Notes: generated by a model not told the origin, from the letters alone. A DNA stretch of 61,563 nt from Aurantiphycus algarum (GCA_947492865.1 CANLOR010001096.1:1-61563), one strand, 5' to 3'. Shown: positions 57,201 to 61,563, numbered from the stretch's first letter. Translations and numbers: made by a program.

Positions 57201-60187
57201 TCCAGTATCGAATCATAGGAATAATCTTGGTGCTCAAACCCTGCCAGCACCTTGTTTTTCACATGGGTCAACAGTTGAAGAAAGCTATCCGAGGACCTGA
57301 ATTTTGTTCTGATACAAAGTGTTTTCAGAAAGTACCCCAACTGATTTTCCATCTCCTTTGTGTCCCTTCCGGCAATATCGGTACCGATAATCACGTCTTC
57401 TTGGCTCGAATATTTGTAGACCAGTGCATTCACCGCTGCCAATAATGTCATAAAATCAGTGACACCATGGTATCTTGAAAACTCCCTTATCGTACGGGTC
57501 TCTTTTTCCGAGAAGGTAAAGCTCAATAGATTGCCATTGAAAGTAGGATGGGGGAAAAGGTTTGATTTTCCATACAAATCCAGTATGGGGAGTTCACCTC
57601 CAAGTTCTTCCCGCCAATATTCTTTGCTCTCTTGAACCTTATCCAAGGACTGCGTATCTGACCGCCAAGCCATACAGTCTTTATAGTGGACAGTGAGTGG
57701 TGTCGGTTCTGAACTATCAGCAATACTCTGTTGCCTATAAAAAGCAGCCAACTCACTCAGCAATAAAGAAATGGAGTACCCATCGGTAATGATATGATGA
57801 ATAGTCAATGAAAAAAGATGGATTCTATCCGATAATCGAAGCAGTACGGCTCTGAACAAGGGCCCTTTTCCCAGATCGAAAGTGCTTCCAGCATATTCGT
57901 TGACGATGCTCTGCGCTTTTTCCGGTGATCTGGAAATGTCCTGAAAGCAAACCTTGAAATCAATATCCTCAGAAGAGAGGATTTTTTGATGAGGAATATC
58001 TTCACTGATGACAAAAATGGTCCTCAGTATTTCATACTTATCGACCAGCTGTTCGAATGCTTTTTCGAAAGTATGAATATCGAGTATCCCTTCCATCCGA
58101 TAGGCTAACGCTACATTGTAGGCATCTTTTCTATCACTTATCCCGTCCATTACCCATAAGCGTTGCTGTGCAGGGGAAAGTGTATAGCAGGTTTTTGAGG
58201 GCAAAGGGCGAATCGTTTCGGTTTTCTCTTTAGGCCGTTCATCGATTATCTTGATAAGTGAGGCCACGCTTGGGGTCTCGAATACGTCTCTAATAGTGAG
58301 TTTCACTTCCAGGGCTGCATTCAACCTACCGATCAACTGCATCGCCATTAAACTGTTCATGCCCAAATCCCGCAGTGCTGTATCTCCATCGATATCTTCT
58401 AGGGCCGTGAGCGACTTCAGCTCTTGTTGTACTACCTGCAAGGTCTCGCCACTGCGATAGTCACTTTTGTGATGACTCAACTGGGCCAGCACCTCATCAA
58501 ATGCACCGTTTCTATAATCGGAAAGAAGTTTATAGTGCTGTACCTTTCCACTGGTCGTTTTGGGTACTTTTCTTATCGGTATGACCAAGTCTACGGTAAG
58601 GCCTATTTTTTCCAGTACTGCTCTTTTGATACTGTCTCTTACAAAATGGAACTTCTCCAGCATTCCCTTATAAAGGGTCAGAATAATCAGCTGCTCTATA
58701 GCGGCATCCTCAGACCTATCACCGATAGCCACCACTTTGCCCAAATCTATCCCTACTTCGTCTTGGATGACTTGTTCGATGTCTTGAGGGTAATAGTTCT
58801 GCCCATTGATGATAATTACATTTTTATGTCGCCCAGTGACTATTAGCCTGCCTTTACTCGTAAATCCTAGGTCACCAGTGCGCAGCCAGCCATCTTCGGT
58901 AAACAGTTTTTCGGTAGCTTTTGGATTTTGATAATAGGCCTTCGTCACATTCTCCCCTTTTATCTGAATATGGCCTACGGTATCATCAGTCATCACTCGG
59001 TTTTGGTCATCGCTGATCCTGACTTGGGTATGATCGATGGGTCTTCCCACTTCCACAAAAGATACACTATCCTTATCCAGAGCCTTAGCCCTGACCACCG
59101 AGCTGCCAATAGTCAAATCTACTCTTTTAACAATATGTTCAGTAAGTGGGTCTCCCGGGTCCGGTAGAGTGACTGCTACCGAAGCCTCAGCCAAACCATA
59201 CCCCGGAAATACCACGTTTTCCCTTAATCCATAGATTTGCATTTTTTCCTCAAATTGGGCGCAGAGGGTTTTGGAAATAGGTTCTGCCCCATTATAGATA
59301 AGTCTAAGGTGACTAAGGTCCCAATCGGTGGCATCTCTCCCATCTATGGCCGAAAGAAAATATTTCAGACCGAAATTAGGCGAGTATAAGAGGCTTATTT
59401 TGTGCTGAGCGGCTTTTTCCATCCATAATATTGGCCTCCGAATAAAAAGAGATGTAGGCATTATGAACTGATTCACACCACTGAAAACACCTGATAAATG
59501 AAAGCATATCAATCCCATATCATGGGTCAGTGGCATCCAACTGAGCATGGAGTCTTCCTTGGTGATTTCTGAACGTGAACATATATCCATAACGTTCGTA
59601 ACTAGATTGCCATGAGTAAGTTCCACCCCTTTTGGGTCACCGGTAGAACCTGATGAAAATTGTATATATGCAGTGTCTGAGGAAGAAGGCATTTCCTGTT
59701 CATAGGTCAGCTCAAAATCCCAGCCTTCTTCAATAGCAAGTAGCTCCTCTACCAATATCAGATTATCGTTTACTTGTTCTCCGAACCGGTTCAGCCTATT
59801 TTTATCGGCATACCCCCTTACCTTTCGAACCTGCGCTGTCTCTGTTACATAGATAGGATTTTTCAAAGTAGACCATACCTTCACCAATTTGAGCAAGTGG
59901 TCCTCTTGATTGCCAAGTGCTAGAGGAACGGGAATCATTTTTCCCAGTAATCCTGCCCAGAAAAGAACGACAAAAGACTCATTGTCACTCACCTGAAGTA
60001 CCATCTCATCCCCTGCCTTGGCCCCCTTACTACGTAGCTTTTCCCATACTGAGCCGGCCCTATACAATAAGTCTTTATAGGATACAAAATTCTCAGTATG
60101 GCTATCCGATATAAAAGTAACTCCTTTGTTTTTGCCTGTTGCCGCTGCCTCTAAAAACGAAATTAAATCCACTTTATTATACAACAT
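39227..60187 (-). CDS. Lipo-initiation NRPS: FAAL-ACP-C-A-T-C-A-T-C-A(MT-like insert)-T-C-A-T-C-A(MT-like insert)-T-C
   Basis: Track ORF of 6986 aa with ATG at 60185-60187. FAAL motifs are 'IQFSSGSTGDPKGV' (about 59.65 kb), 'WMPLTHDMGL' and 'GRHKNVIIINGQNYYPQDIE'. The ACP motif 'LGMNSL' is at about 58.36 kb. C-domain HHxxxD motifs lie at about 57.79, 54.64, 51.48, 47.42, 44.24 and 40.19 kb. A3 motifs lie at about 56.35, 53.19, 50.06, 45.99 and 42.82 kb. T motifs lie at about 55.22, 52.05, 48.00, 44.82 and 40.77 kb. The protein ends with a full C domain and the tail '...SEDEPLFNF'. Confidence 0.97.
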   Translation of the reverse strand: MLYNKVDLISFLEAAATGKNKGVTFISDSHTENFVSYKDLLYRAGSVWEKLRSKGAKAGDEMVLQVSDNESFVVLFWAGLLGKMIPVPLALGNQEDHLLKLVKVWSTLKNPIYVTETAQVRKVRGYADKNRLNRFGEQVNDNLILVEELLAIEEGWDFELTYEQEMPSSSDTAYIQFSSGSTGDPKGVELTHGNLVTNVMDICSRSEITKEDSMLSWMPLTHDMGLICFHLSGVFSGVNQFIMPTSLFIRRPILWMEKAAQHKISLLYSPNFGLKYFLSAIDGRDATDWDLSHLRLIYNGAEPISKTLCAQFEEKMQIYGLRENVVFPGYGLAEASVAVTLPDPGDPLTEHIVKRVDLTIGSSVVRAKALDKDSVSFVEVGRPIDHTQVRISDDQNRVMTDDTVGHIQIKGENVTKAYYQNPKATEKLFTEDGWLRTGDLGFTSKGRLIVTGRHKNVIIINGQNYYPQDIEQVIQDEVGIDLGKVVAIGDRSEDAAIEQLIILTLYKGMLEKFHFVRDSIKRAVLEKIGLTVDLVIPIRKVPKTTSGKVQHYKLLSDYRNGAFDEVLAQLSHHKSDYRSGETLQVVQQELKSLTALEDIDGDTALRDLGMNSLMAMQLIGRLNAALEVKLTIRDVFETPSVASLIKIIDERPKEKTETIRPLPSKTCYTLSPAQQRLWVMDGISDRKDAYNVALAYRMEGILDIHTFEKAFEQLVDKYEILRTIFVISEDIPHQKILSSEDIDFKVCFQDISRSPEKAQSIVNEYAGSTFDLGKGPLFRAVLLRLSDRIHLFSLTIHHIITDGYSISLLLSELAAFYRQQSIADSSEPTPLTVHYKDCMAWRSDTQSLDKVQESKEYWREELGGELPILDLYGKSNLFPHPTFNGNLLSFTFSEKETRTIREFSRYHGVTDFMTLLAAVNALVYKYSSQEDVIIGTDIAGRDTKEMENQLGYFLKTLCIRTKFRSSDSFLQLLTHVKNKVLAGFEHQDYSYDSILEDLGLKSTINRSPLFDILVLFQNFDHSGWKNKMENLTIEDYSVQHHVSIVDLQFDFIPKKEQLQLDIRYNTDRFSAMQIEKLIRHLNYLIHQVMGRPEVRLSELDILLSEERRQLIAYSRSRSEDHISLEPVHVSFEKQAAQTPRHEAIVCGERRFTYQQINEKANQIARGIKERSAVSVGDRIGIMMGRSALLIPTIFAVLKTGATYVPIDPDFPEARVNYILHDSKVSLLLTDTASAEGLIEVQHEVIIVDSALFQSSIAELSPIDSNERVENTHLAYIIYTSATTGDPKGVMIPHSAMSDYVATFKAYFQIDEKDAIIQQSSIAFDTFVEEVFPVLSVGGKLVIAEEGGKNTDELLEVIQKHRATVLSTTPLVIKELNQHAESLSSLRAIISGGDKLLPSYISNLWGTWRLFNTYGPSETTVCVTFNEIEKPEDAEIIGTPIAHHQIYLLDENHRLKIEGGVGEIAIGGAGLASGYFNRPELTEEKFVDDPYRPDEKMYLTGDLGRWTTGGKIEFLGRKDFQVKIGGYRVELEEIEKVLMRHELISDVVAMTTESGQLHAYLVSSKSLTKKELRNYLSTYLPYYMIPSKFVGLSAFPLTTMGKVDRKGLLQTKADDDEQQYEEAPLSDLGVKILESWSKVLDINELRAEDDFFEYGGNSIKATQLIAVLSRDLKVKVSIKDIFLNPTVKDLVSAIELSKQEMYKEIPQQPEQEFYEVSNAQKRLWVLSHLGHGTLAYNEYESYELEGHLDMDSLKSAFTALLQRHQVLRTTFVSVDGEPRQKINALWEYGFEIGYTDIQNSEHIAQKLSEQVDTMLTTAFDLESGPLLKVDIKKVAANSHVLFIALHHIITDDWSGKILMQELLTLYSAALENKPSPLGELRLQYRDYALWNNNSLSSGLLENDKNYWLNRLSGELPVLNLPTDYKRPHKKLHEGAISHFLFDKELVNQVKTFSKSQQVSTFATLLTALNVLIYRYSHQSDLIIGTAVAGRNHPGLDEQLGMYINTLPLRSKLKGGESFKGLLQRIKHMVFEALEHQDYPFDLLVESLGLRRDLSRAPLFDVMVSYQSTEQNIDAYQLGNLTLQRRAKSKSASKYDLTFYFEESPRGMALRLEYDCSLFAESTALRMGGHLMEILRYALSNEGTAIAAIDYLPTVEKEQLLKTFNPKRQDYPKDKNVYHLFKEQVEKCPQDTSVVFREKAFTYADIDKKVDGLAAQMKADFAVLPNDTIGILLGRSEKVIVTILAIWKLGARYVPIDPQHPIERMNYILEDTGLELLVTVGKYLPLLEKVSPSVRVITTDSYSENTGMEEQSLKEMYPLKDSEGYMAYVLYTSGSTGKPKGVEVGHVGLTNFLLSMKSFPGFTKEDRLIAITTYVFDISIMEMFLPLICGGQVVVVASADTTNTESLQRIIEEEQVTMMQATPSMWSLLMESGWKGRKDLRVLTGGERLSDDLNERLSERAKEVWNMYGPTETTVWATCAEVSGLNHAPIGKPIHNTGAYVVDTLGQMVPIGVYGELYLDGDGLAQGYLNKPELTKERFKVLPLVGKRCYQTGDIVRWLPDGSLEYLSRVDDQVKVRGHRIEPGEIDSVLRGHEQIKEAATLAIPNERGEYELVSYYVADKDVMSTELRSYLSTVLPSYMVPTHMVNIDHHLPMTPSGKLDKKVLPLPVKNEKNGNSITTPQSKTEYRLCQVWTTVLAIDEVGTRQSFFEVGGHSLRAIRLISAIEREFGIKIVLEDVFVHSTIAEQARLIENKDHRTLQKIPTLPLQEHYEVTPSQKQFWMLDQMEEKLVYTMPAVHRLSGDLDERAFARAFDMLIQRHESFRTRFRTIDGEVRQVIENGNLGFKIEKIDLSKDNNPNRELAQRIEEESKCPFDLMNGPLVRAQLIRMHTSEYVFLFTMHHIIADGWSIEILIREVLSLYAADIDGRTHALPLLEVQHKEYAAWYNQVLREEEEENRSYWKATFADGVPLLNLPTESIRPARKTFYGDQKKFSIDKTLKNRLKEIAQQNEASLYMVLLATQAIVYHKYSAQTDMVIGTPIANRDRAELQEQIGYFICNVPLRLTFDATAPFDELLKSTKEVLLEADKHKNYPLEYLVEDLQLKRDFSRSLLYDVGFTWHGKRHDYFDSLDTQLTIEAMDAGYRFAQTDIWLFGIEKDEGIDFVVEYSTDLFDERWITTFIAHYENLLEEIVTKHQEPLTAIEYMQIEERDIILSDFNDTLQQNDYERTIVEVFEDHVAAHPEAVAIVFKEVSITYKELNERANRLAHYLRQEFEVERNTLVGIMLHRSEQVAVSILAIVKAGGAYVPIDPDLPKERINYILEDTGLHSLLTDSESMFSLEGWNGNLFALDIQMDLIDTSDVNPKRINTPDDLAYVIYTSGSTGRPKGVLIEHHGVINLTQWQKVNFRLSEESNIFQNFSYSFDGAVGETFMALLNGATLCMYSKELTAEQLIAFINRYQVDVGVFVPSMLRQLEPSQIEHIHRMSIVSVGEVCSQDLAKKWSAECRFMNAYGPTEYTVYSHLYEIEQSRYQAKGTVPVGEPIFNTHSYILDKFQKPVAYNIEGEMYLSGPGIARGYLNNNVATLSKFVPNPYFLSDKYELIHDVQFEGSKKEIEDFRSSGFPLAVPEKNQEAYEINDIEALSEKLSALDEDIRLSTIGYIENHRDNKVKYDCFCRYFFEGLYHSYASVGINEEVLNYLFPFEDGLSGKKGVELGFGNAEIMNVLRSMDADIHGLELSPYSVQYARQQGLSVQHGVVDVEFNAFRSAYGMEIGSKDFALSTLLLDRVEKPHNLIGNLLGVLKEGGRFALQTLLPVVPIDDGDVENKIVYSQEKHWVCMGQNEADDKLRLVQVLYHLGARDIRIVPIPYVVASRDGIQEYTLWSFSGTKTFVFDPQIHFSRMYKTGDMAKYLPDGNIDFIGRSDDQVKLRGYRIELGEIERTLEKHASIEEAVVMVKADNVGDKSLHAYLTTGSPISKDEVKAYLKTLLPYYMIPSTIALLESMPLNTSGKVDRSALLGYENDSFSETTYEAPETPHEKMVARLWMEILDRERVSKNDNFFELGGHSLKATRFISRLAQQFDVEVEIGAIFKCPTVREIARIIENTEKHRFESIEIIREQSHYELSHAQKRIWLLSELDDTGNAYNICGAHRIKGKLDIDALSRSFQLLVSRHEILRTNFYLQGDKLVQQVKDVDTYVFPMEHIDLCGHSHQEKVLSTYAEKTIRTVFDLKSDPLMKVTLLQVEVDSFVLLFAMHHIISDGWSTKVLVEEVVHAYETFSQGRVPRPKPLKVNYKDYANWHGKLLKGPAMEKHKEFWLQQFQEQPTPINLPSDYGRPPLKSFNGSKMEYTIPRALLVSLRKYARSNDVSSFMLLITVLKLMIYKYTDQNDITLGTPVLGRDHIDLEGQIGVYINTIALRTRFDKNITFHDLLQGVKKTTVEAYDHQSLPFDYLVEKLDLKRDLSRSPLFDIIVSHENEELHGDGLNTFGEVEISPFPLDVHISQFDLSFRFIESTETLSLEVEFNTDMFSERTISVMVGRYRQLLTNTLSEPNTKLTDIAWLETAEQHRLLLEFNATDKQYGHSRTVLEMFEEQVAQNPKAIALISGSEQVTYGMLEDKSVQIAATLYDAGVREGDVVGVLVEKSIALVAALFGLFKVKACYVPIDTTYPDDRIRFILSDCRAKTLLVDSDVQSAKRYGVNVIHIANAQTDNTSIALLEENFLDNDSLAYIIYTSGTTGRPKGVGVSHANLSHFLENVKENYGADHRLKMPFIASHAFDISLFQLLAPLTNGGQSIIIGKEALLEMPHFVALLKKASMLDTVPALYQRICDHIIENGLEEDFQGIERLFVGGDVIPDHLLTKLAQTFTNADIVVTYGPTEGTIFCTSIQYPKSNHGELRKGNILGRPLDNVKVHVLDTNNKLQPIGVVGELCIAGAGVATGYFEQPQLTNSSFIDNPYGSGKLYRTGDLARWNNDGKLEFMGRADHQVKVRGYRIELGEIERMLSTSFLVKETVATVFESNTNEKLICVFFIAEEPVEKGLLRSYLRNKLPEYMIPADFVQLEAFPLNSNGKIDKKELLSDYSFQGASSETYEAPKGYLQESLITIWEEVLEISPIGVNSNFFELGGHSLKATKVVSKILKSIGIDTNITSLFRYPTVKELAIQLKKQGGLVYEPISPINQAAYYEVSLGQKRLWILHQMEGQKASYNIPGAYRIDRQLDSVALCSGFNSLIDRHEILRTTFLQVDGELRQKVHEKMEFELEGIDLKDSENPMEEAYQWMFKEAEEPFDLEQGPLLRAKLLELAEQQYVLLFTIHHIISDAWSMNVLITEVMEAYNCYQEEKTYFKTPLAIHYKDYAAWQRKTIQEPVYTAHKDFWEKLYDSDIPMLDLPLDRQRPLLQSFAGDAVSITLERELSQAIISLSTTAESSLFMFLIASVNVLLYKYSGQGDIVIGTPVAGREHPDLEEQIGFYVNTLPLRNQLSADDRFSEVLENVKSNTLKAYEHQSYPFDLLVESLDLRRDLSRSPLFDVMVALHASDHELVDNEHIRPLEVKSVSSKFDITFNFHLTKNGTIRLEITYSTALFNKDRMERALEHYRNIAKAVSGEFDAKIKDIDYLSHQEYTEIIQVFNDSRSAYPYGQTIVEAFEQQVAQRPEQIGIIFGNQRLTYNSINERANQLAHQLITDQNVCPQDFVGIVMEKSPMLIISLLAVLKAGAVYVPIDPSLPAERIAYILKDTQLSVLLYKENHTAEGVLSGWNGTKVKVVDSVEDAPARINNPKVRSNDADPAYIIYTSGSTGQPKGVLVPHRGVVNLTNWQQKNFTIGTESRVLQHFSYSFDGAIGETFMAMLNGATLCMYSEYLTPEGMVDFINEQQISVGVFVPSLLHQMSPEAIKHIDKMSVVSVGEVCPPSLARKWSAQCRFMNAYGPTEYSVYSHLHEVDYQMLSLQGDSPVAIGKPISNTDSYILDNDGNPVSTGVEGDLYLSGLGMAEGYLHNTVATLEKFLPNPFFLSDKYEDRGRLQAKAWKQQVQDFRKKAQKQPPITNEAIQDISKLYDLTQNLDADIVVGTKAFLDKHQGNPVKYEGFSRYFLEGYHNSYASVGMDASVVKQLFALDDFTGKKGVELGFGNAEVLSILQELGAEVIGFELSPFFIQRARDIGLEAYLAEVDLPFEEFCTAHDLLPGSKDFSLSTLLLDRVEYPQNLIKNLLGVLKEDGRFALQTLLPIVPEDDGGVEEKIVYTQNQDRICLGKNMEEDKLKMVQVFYDLGARDIVIRNFQLIVSSRDGIQEYTIWSFSGRKTFAKQAQDHYSRMYRTGDRAKYLPDGNVMFLGRQDDQIKLRGYRIEIGEIERALEKYQEVNEAVVLVKEDTFRDKSLVAFVVGNVPVDESALRGYLRQVLPAYMIPSTIVQLDSFPLNNSGKVDRKKLPIPTGRSTDLDAVETGPMSKLEKQIVGIWEDILGKKNIGPSDNFFELGGHSLKATRLVTRLYKILGIQLDLVAIFKFPTPELMATHIESQQRDNYLPIIPIDEKSYYEVSNAQKRMWFLNQLDPLGTQYNISGAHHLYGKLNVEAFRKAFDALFVRHEILRSVIVNIEGMPKQRILDVEKSDFKMVYLDYRNEDTSAEKAQVIIREESNHVFDLEKPPLLRGILVHVSEEHFIFILTLHHIIADGWSMKVLIKDLLQHYSTSFDTEVEKTTPLKIQYKDYVVWYEELLQQKKLLSHKQYWESTLQELPPQSEFYSALTVGGTEEKGTYTLSIPTQVTDNLKKLSLDSGSTVFIVLLTALKVLLYRYTGENDIIVGTPVSGRIHPDLENQIGFYVNTLPIRTTFKNDDTLKTLLQTVRDSVFSAWKHQAYPYDEIIRDLHRTGQLIEGKLFNVMISYTKEDQSTSENDLEGIKIKSQFEEQDKGDFDLDIMFMERADGSEILCSVNYKVGVFDTNTMVDFKDHLLKIIHYQTHQMDTDLIDIEMVSDQQTTSEGLSEDEPLFNF
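41270..42169 (-). other. Class I SAM-methyltransferase-like domain inserted between A6 and A7 of A domain 5 (6986-aa NRPS)
   Basis: The flanks are '...GMAEGYLHNTVATLEKFLPNPFF' (A6) and 'SRMYRTGD' (A7). The insert of about 300 aa contains motif I 'GKKGVELGFGNAEVLSILQELGAEVIGFELSP', 'DFSLSTLLLDRVEYP' and 'LLGVLKEDGRFALQ'. Confidence 0.75.
48497..49411 (-). other. Class I SAM-methyltransferase-like domain inserted between A6 and A7 of A domain 3 (6986-aa NRPS)
   Basis: The flanks are '...GIARGYLNNNVATLSKFVPNPYF' (A6) and 'SRMYKTGD' (A7). The insert of about 305 aa contains 'GKKGVELGFGNAEIMNVLRSMDADIHGLELSP', 'DFALSTLLLDRVEKP' and 'LLGVLKEGGRFALQ'. It is clearly paralogous to 41270-42169. Confidence 0.75.
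58245..58443 (-). other. Loading acyl carrier protein domain
   Basis: 'DIDGDTALRDLGMNSLMAMQLIGRLN' lies between the FAAL domain and the first C domain. Confidence 0.8.
58500..60187 (-). other. Fatty acyl-AMP ligase (FAAL) loading domain
   Basis: FAAL-type core motifs are listed under the parent CDS. The domain ends near 'TSGKVQHYKL' (about 58.52-58.56 kb). Confidence 0.8.
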
Positions 60188-60241
60188 ATTTTAGCGTATA
60201 GTTTATATTTTATTCAAACACAAGAATTCCATGAAGGCTGT

Positions 60242-60249
60242 CAAATGTA
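60242..60249 (-). promoter_or_regulatory. Candidate Bacteroidota-type -7 promoter element (TAnnTTTG) upstream of the first NRPS gene
   Basis: The minus strand reads 'TACATTTG' about 55-62 nt upstream of the ATG at 60187. I found no convincing -33 TTG at the expected spacing, and chance matches are likely in DNA this AT-rich. Confidence 0.2.
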
Positions 60250-60619
60250 CTTCAATAACTCATTGTCTATCCGAAGGTTCTGTACATATTGGTTCTATGT
60301 ACCTTAAAACAGATAACAAGTTTATAAATATTGATTCGTAAATAAAATACTAATATTGTGCTATAATTGTATTTATAGTACAGTAGTAACTTGTTTTTTT
60401 TATGAAATTAAATATCACATGTGCAATCAACTGTAAATCAATACAATAAACACTAAATATAACTTTATTTATCATAAATTGTATATTAAGCAAAAAAATC
60501 GAATCTGACTTATAATTTTACCCGTAACAATAAAGTCAATTTAATGTCATTAATTTACTATTAAAAAAAAGACTAATGACTGGGAGATTGAACTCTTGGA
60601 TTTCCTGAAATGCACCAAG

Positions 60620-60639
60620 GCAGATATCCACATATCTGC
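60620..60639. repeat. Perfect 8-bp inverted repeat with 4-nt spacer (gcagatat-ccac-atatctgc)
   Basis: Read directly from the sequence. It lies about 430 nt upstream of the cluster start codon, and a 14-bp palindrome follows 13 nt later. Confidence 0.85.
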
Positions 60640-60651
60640 AAATAACTTGTT

Positions 60652-60665
60652 TTCAAATATTTGAA
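60652..60665. repeat. Perfect 14-bp palindrome ttcaaatatttgaa
   Basis: Read directly from the sequence. It is AT-only apart from one c/g pair, so a chance occurrence is plausible. Confidence 0.8.
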
Positions 60666-61043
60666 TCAAAATATTGTAAAAAGAATATATCGCTTCAGGT
60701 ACAGGTCAGCGAGACAGCCTATTTTTAGAACGACATATACTTATAAAAAAAACAGCAATATTTAAATAGCCATTTCTTGGTATTTACATTTTCCACAAAG
60801 TTTTTTACCCGCTAACCCAAAGTATAACTTTTCTAATATAGCAATGGTCGTTCAAGAGAAAGTCATTTCACTTAAACCATCAAAATAAATGACTACTATT
60901 CCGCATCGTAAAATGAAAAAGGTAAGATTAGCATTAAAATATTAAAAAAATCAATATTCATTACATGAGTATTGGATTGTAGTTCAAAATCAAAAGTCTA
61001 CTTTGTGATGAAAGTAAGTGCTGACAAGCATTCATGTTTTATG

Positions 61044-61084
61044 AAAAAAAATATTATCAATGTCTATTAAAAGACATTGATAAT
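61044..61084 (-). repeat. 13-bp perfect inverted repeat (attatcaatgtct / agacattgataat, 6-nt loop), followed on the minus strand by a T8 run; shaped like an intrinsic terminator
   Basis: The stem is 61053-61065 / 61072-61084. The A8 run at 61044-51 on the plus strand becomes a T8 run downstream of the hairpin on the minus strand. The stem is AT-rich, and no minus-strand ORF of 60 aa or more lies upstream of it in the window. Confidence 0.4.
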
Positions 61085-61563
61085 TAAGTCGAATATTTAT
61101 AAATCCGTTCGCACAAAATCAAGAATCTATAATTAATGCACTAAATATCAATTAGTTAAATGCAAATCATTTTTCCTGACAAAAATGTAGCCATATTGAA
61201 TGAGATAATATATTGGGTGGGTGAGTATGTTATGTAAGGTTACCTTCATTATTTTTTTGTGAAAAACTTAAATGAGCCTACAACCCTCTATTTCATGGAA
61301 AGTAAGTATTCCCATGTTTTATCTTAATACTGTAGTCTACACTACAAATGTCTACGAATAGAAATAGTGGGATGATATCATTTAGTAGAGTGCATTGCTA
61401 AGGATACGCTTATCTCCAAAAAGAAATCCGTTTACCCTGAACGAATAGCCTTTAACCCAGAATGTTCGTTGGAACTTCGTCATGAAGACTTAAATGGCAA
61501 TACATCAGTGCGTTTTCTTGGATTCAGCGTAGCACCGCTACGGTTAATTCAAAAGACGCATTC

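Noticed and set aside
220-60114. About 100 plus-strand ORFs of 60-206 aa in the track (for example 961-1461, 7577-8197, 9734-10183, 15785-16213, 28622-29041, 56054-56509, 58424-58846). Also short minus-strand ORFs nested out of frame in the large genes (for example 9307-9501, 33006-33299, 47947-48204).
   Set aside because: All lie entirely inside, and antisense to or out of frame with, long ORFs that carry unambiguous NRPS/PKS/enzyme motifs. Their translations are low-complexity with no recognisable motifs. They are densest in the GC-rich block, where stop codons are rarer. I treat them as shadow ORFs.
3605-60187. Searched the module strings for epimerisation, heterocyclisation, standard A8/A9 N-methyltransferase, KR/DH/ER, reductase-release and MbtH-like elements.
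   Set aside because: None was found. Module lengths leave no room for them, and no matching motifs appear in the translations. No standalone ORF of about 70 aa lies between the genes.
61044-61084. Hairpin plus T8, considered as the rho-independent terminator of an upstream minus-strand protein gene.
   Set aside because: No minus-strand ORF of 60 aa or more lies upstream of it in the window, and all minus frames are closed near the window edge. The stem is AT-rich and weak. I kept it only as an inverted repeat of unknown function.
1-61563. Looked for rRNA, tRNA, CRISPR arrays, transposase/integrase genes or terminal inverted repeats flanking the cluster.
   Set aside because: No regularly spaced short repeats, no cloverleaf-like GC-rich segments in the non-coding parts and no recombinase-like ORFs are visible. 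The only repeats are the intragenic T-domain pair and small palindromes.

Overview
This low-G+C window, possibly Bacteroidota-like, is almost entirely one minus-strand biosynthetic gene cluster of about 60 kb (199-60187). It has ten co-directional genes that are tightly spaced or overlap. They encode a lipopeptide-type hybrid NRPS/PKS assembly line: four NRPS proteins (6986, 873, 1947 and 6360 aa) and a 1010-aa KS-AT-CP PKS.

My domain bookkeeping gives FAAL-ACP loading, 13 adenylation modules, one malonyl extension and a terminal thioesterase. That predicts an N-acylated 13-residue peptide with one internal ketide unit.

A precursor cassette sits between the first and second NRPS genes. It comprises a phenylalanine-hydroxylase::aminotransferase fusion, an HPPD/HmaS-family dioxygenase and a GlcD-type FAD oxidase, and it resembles a non-canonical arylglycine (Hpg-like) pathway. 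The operon ends with a SyrD/PvdE-type ABC exporter and a CmlA-like di-iron beta-hydroxylase.

The most unusual features are:
- Two paralogous A domains are interrupted by a SAM-methyltransferase-like domain between core motifs A6 and A7.
- A luciferase-like monooxygenase domain is inserted in a C-A linker directly after the reductive-domain-free PKS module.
- An inter-protein junction occurs twice: a terminal C domain with an acidic '...FNF' tail, followed by a protein that starts with only the C-terminal lobe of a C domain.
- A block of about 3.4 kb with visibly higher G+C covers one module unit inside the 6360-aa gene and is bracketed by a 134-nt direct repeat.

Upstream of the cluster (60188-61563) is an extremely AT-rich stretch with no ORF of 60 aa or more. 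I recognised no rRNA, tRNA, CRISPR array, transposase or integrase. All functional calls come from motifs read by eye in the supplied translations; no database search was possible.
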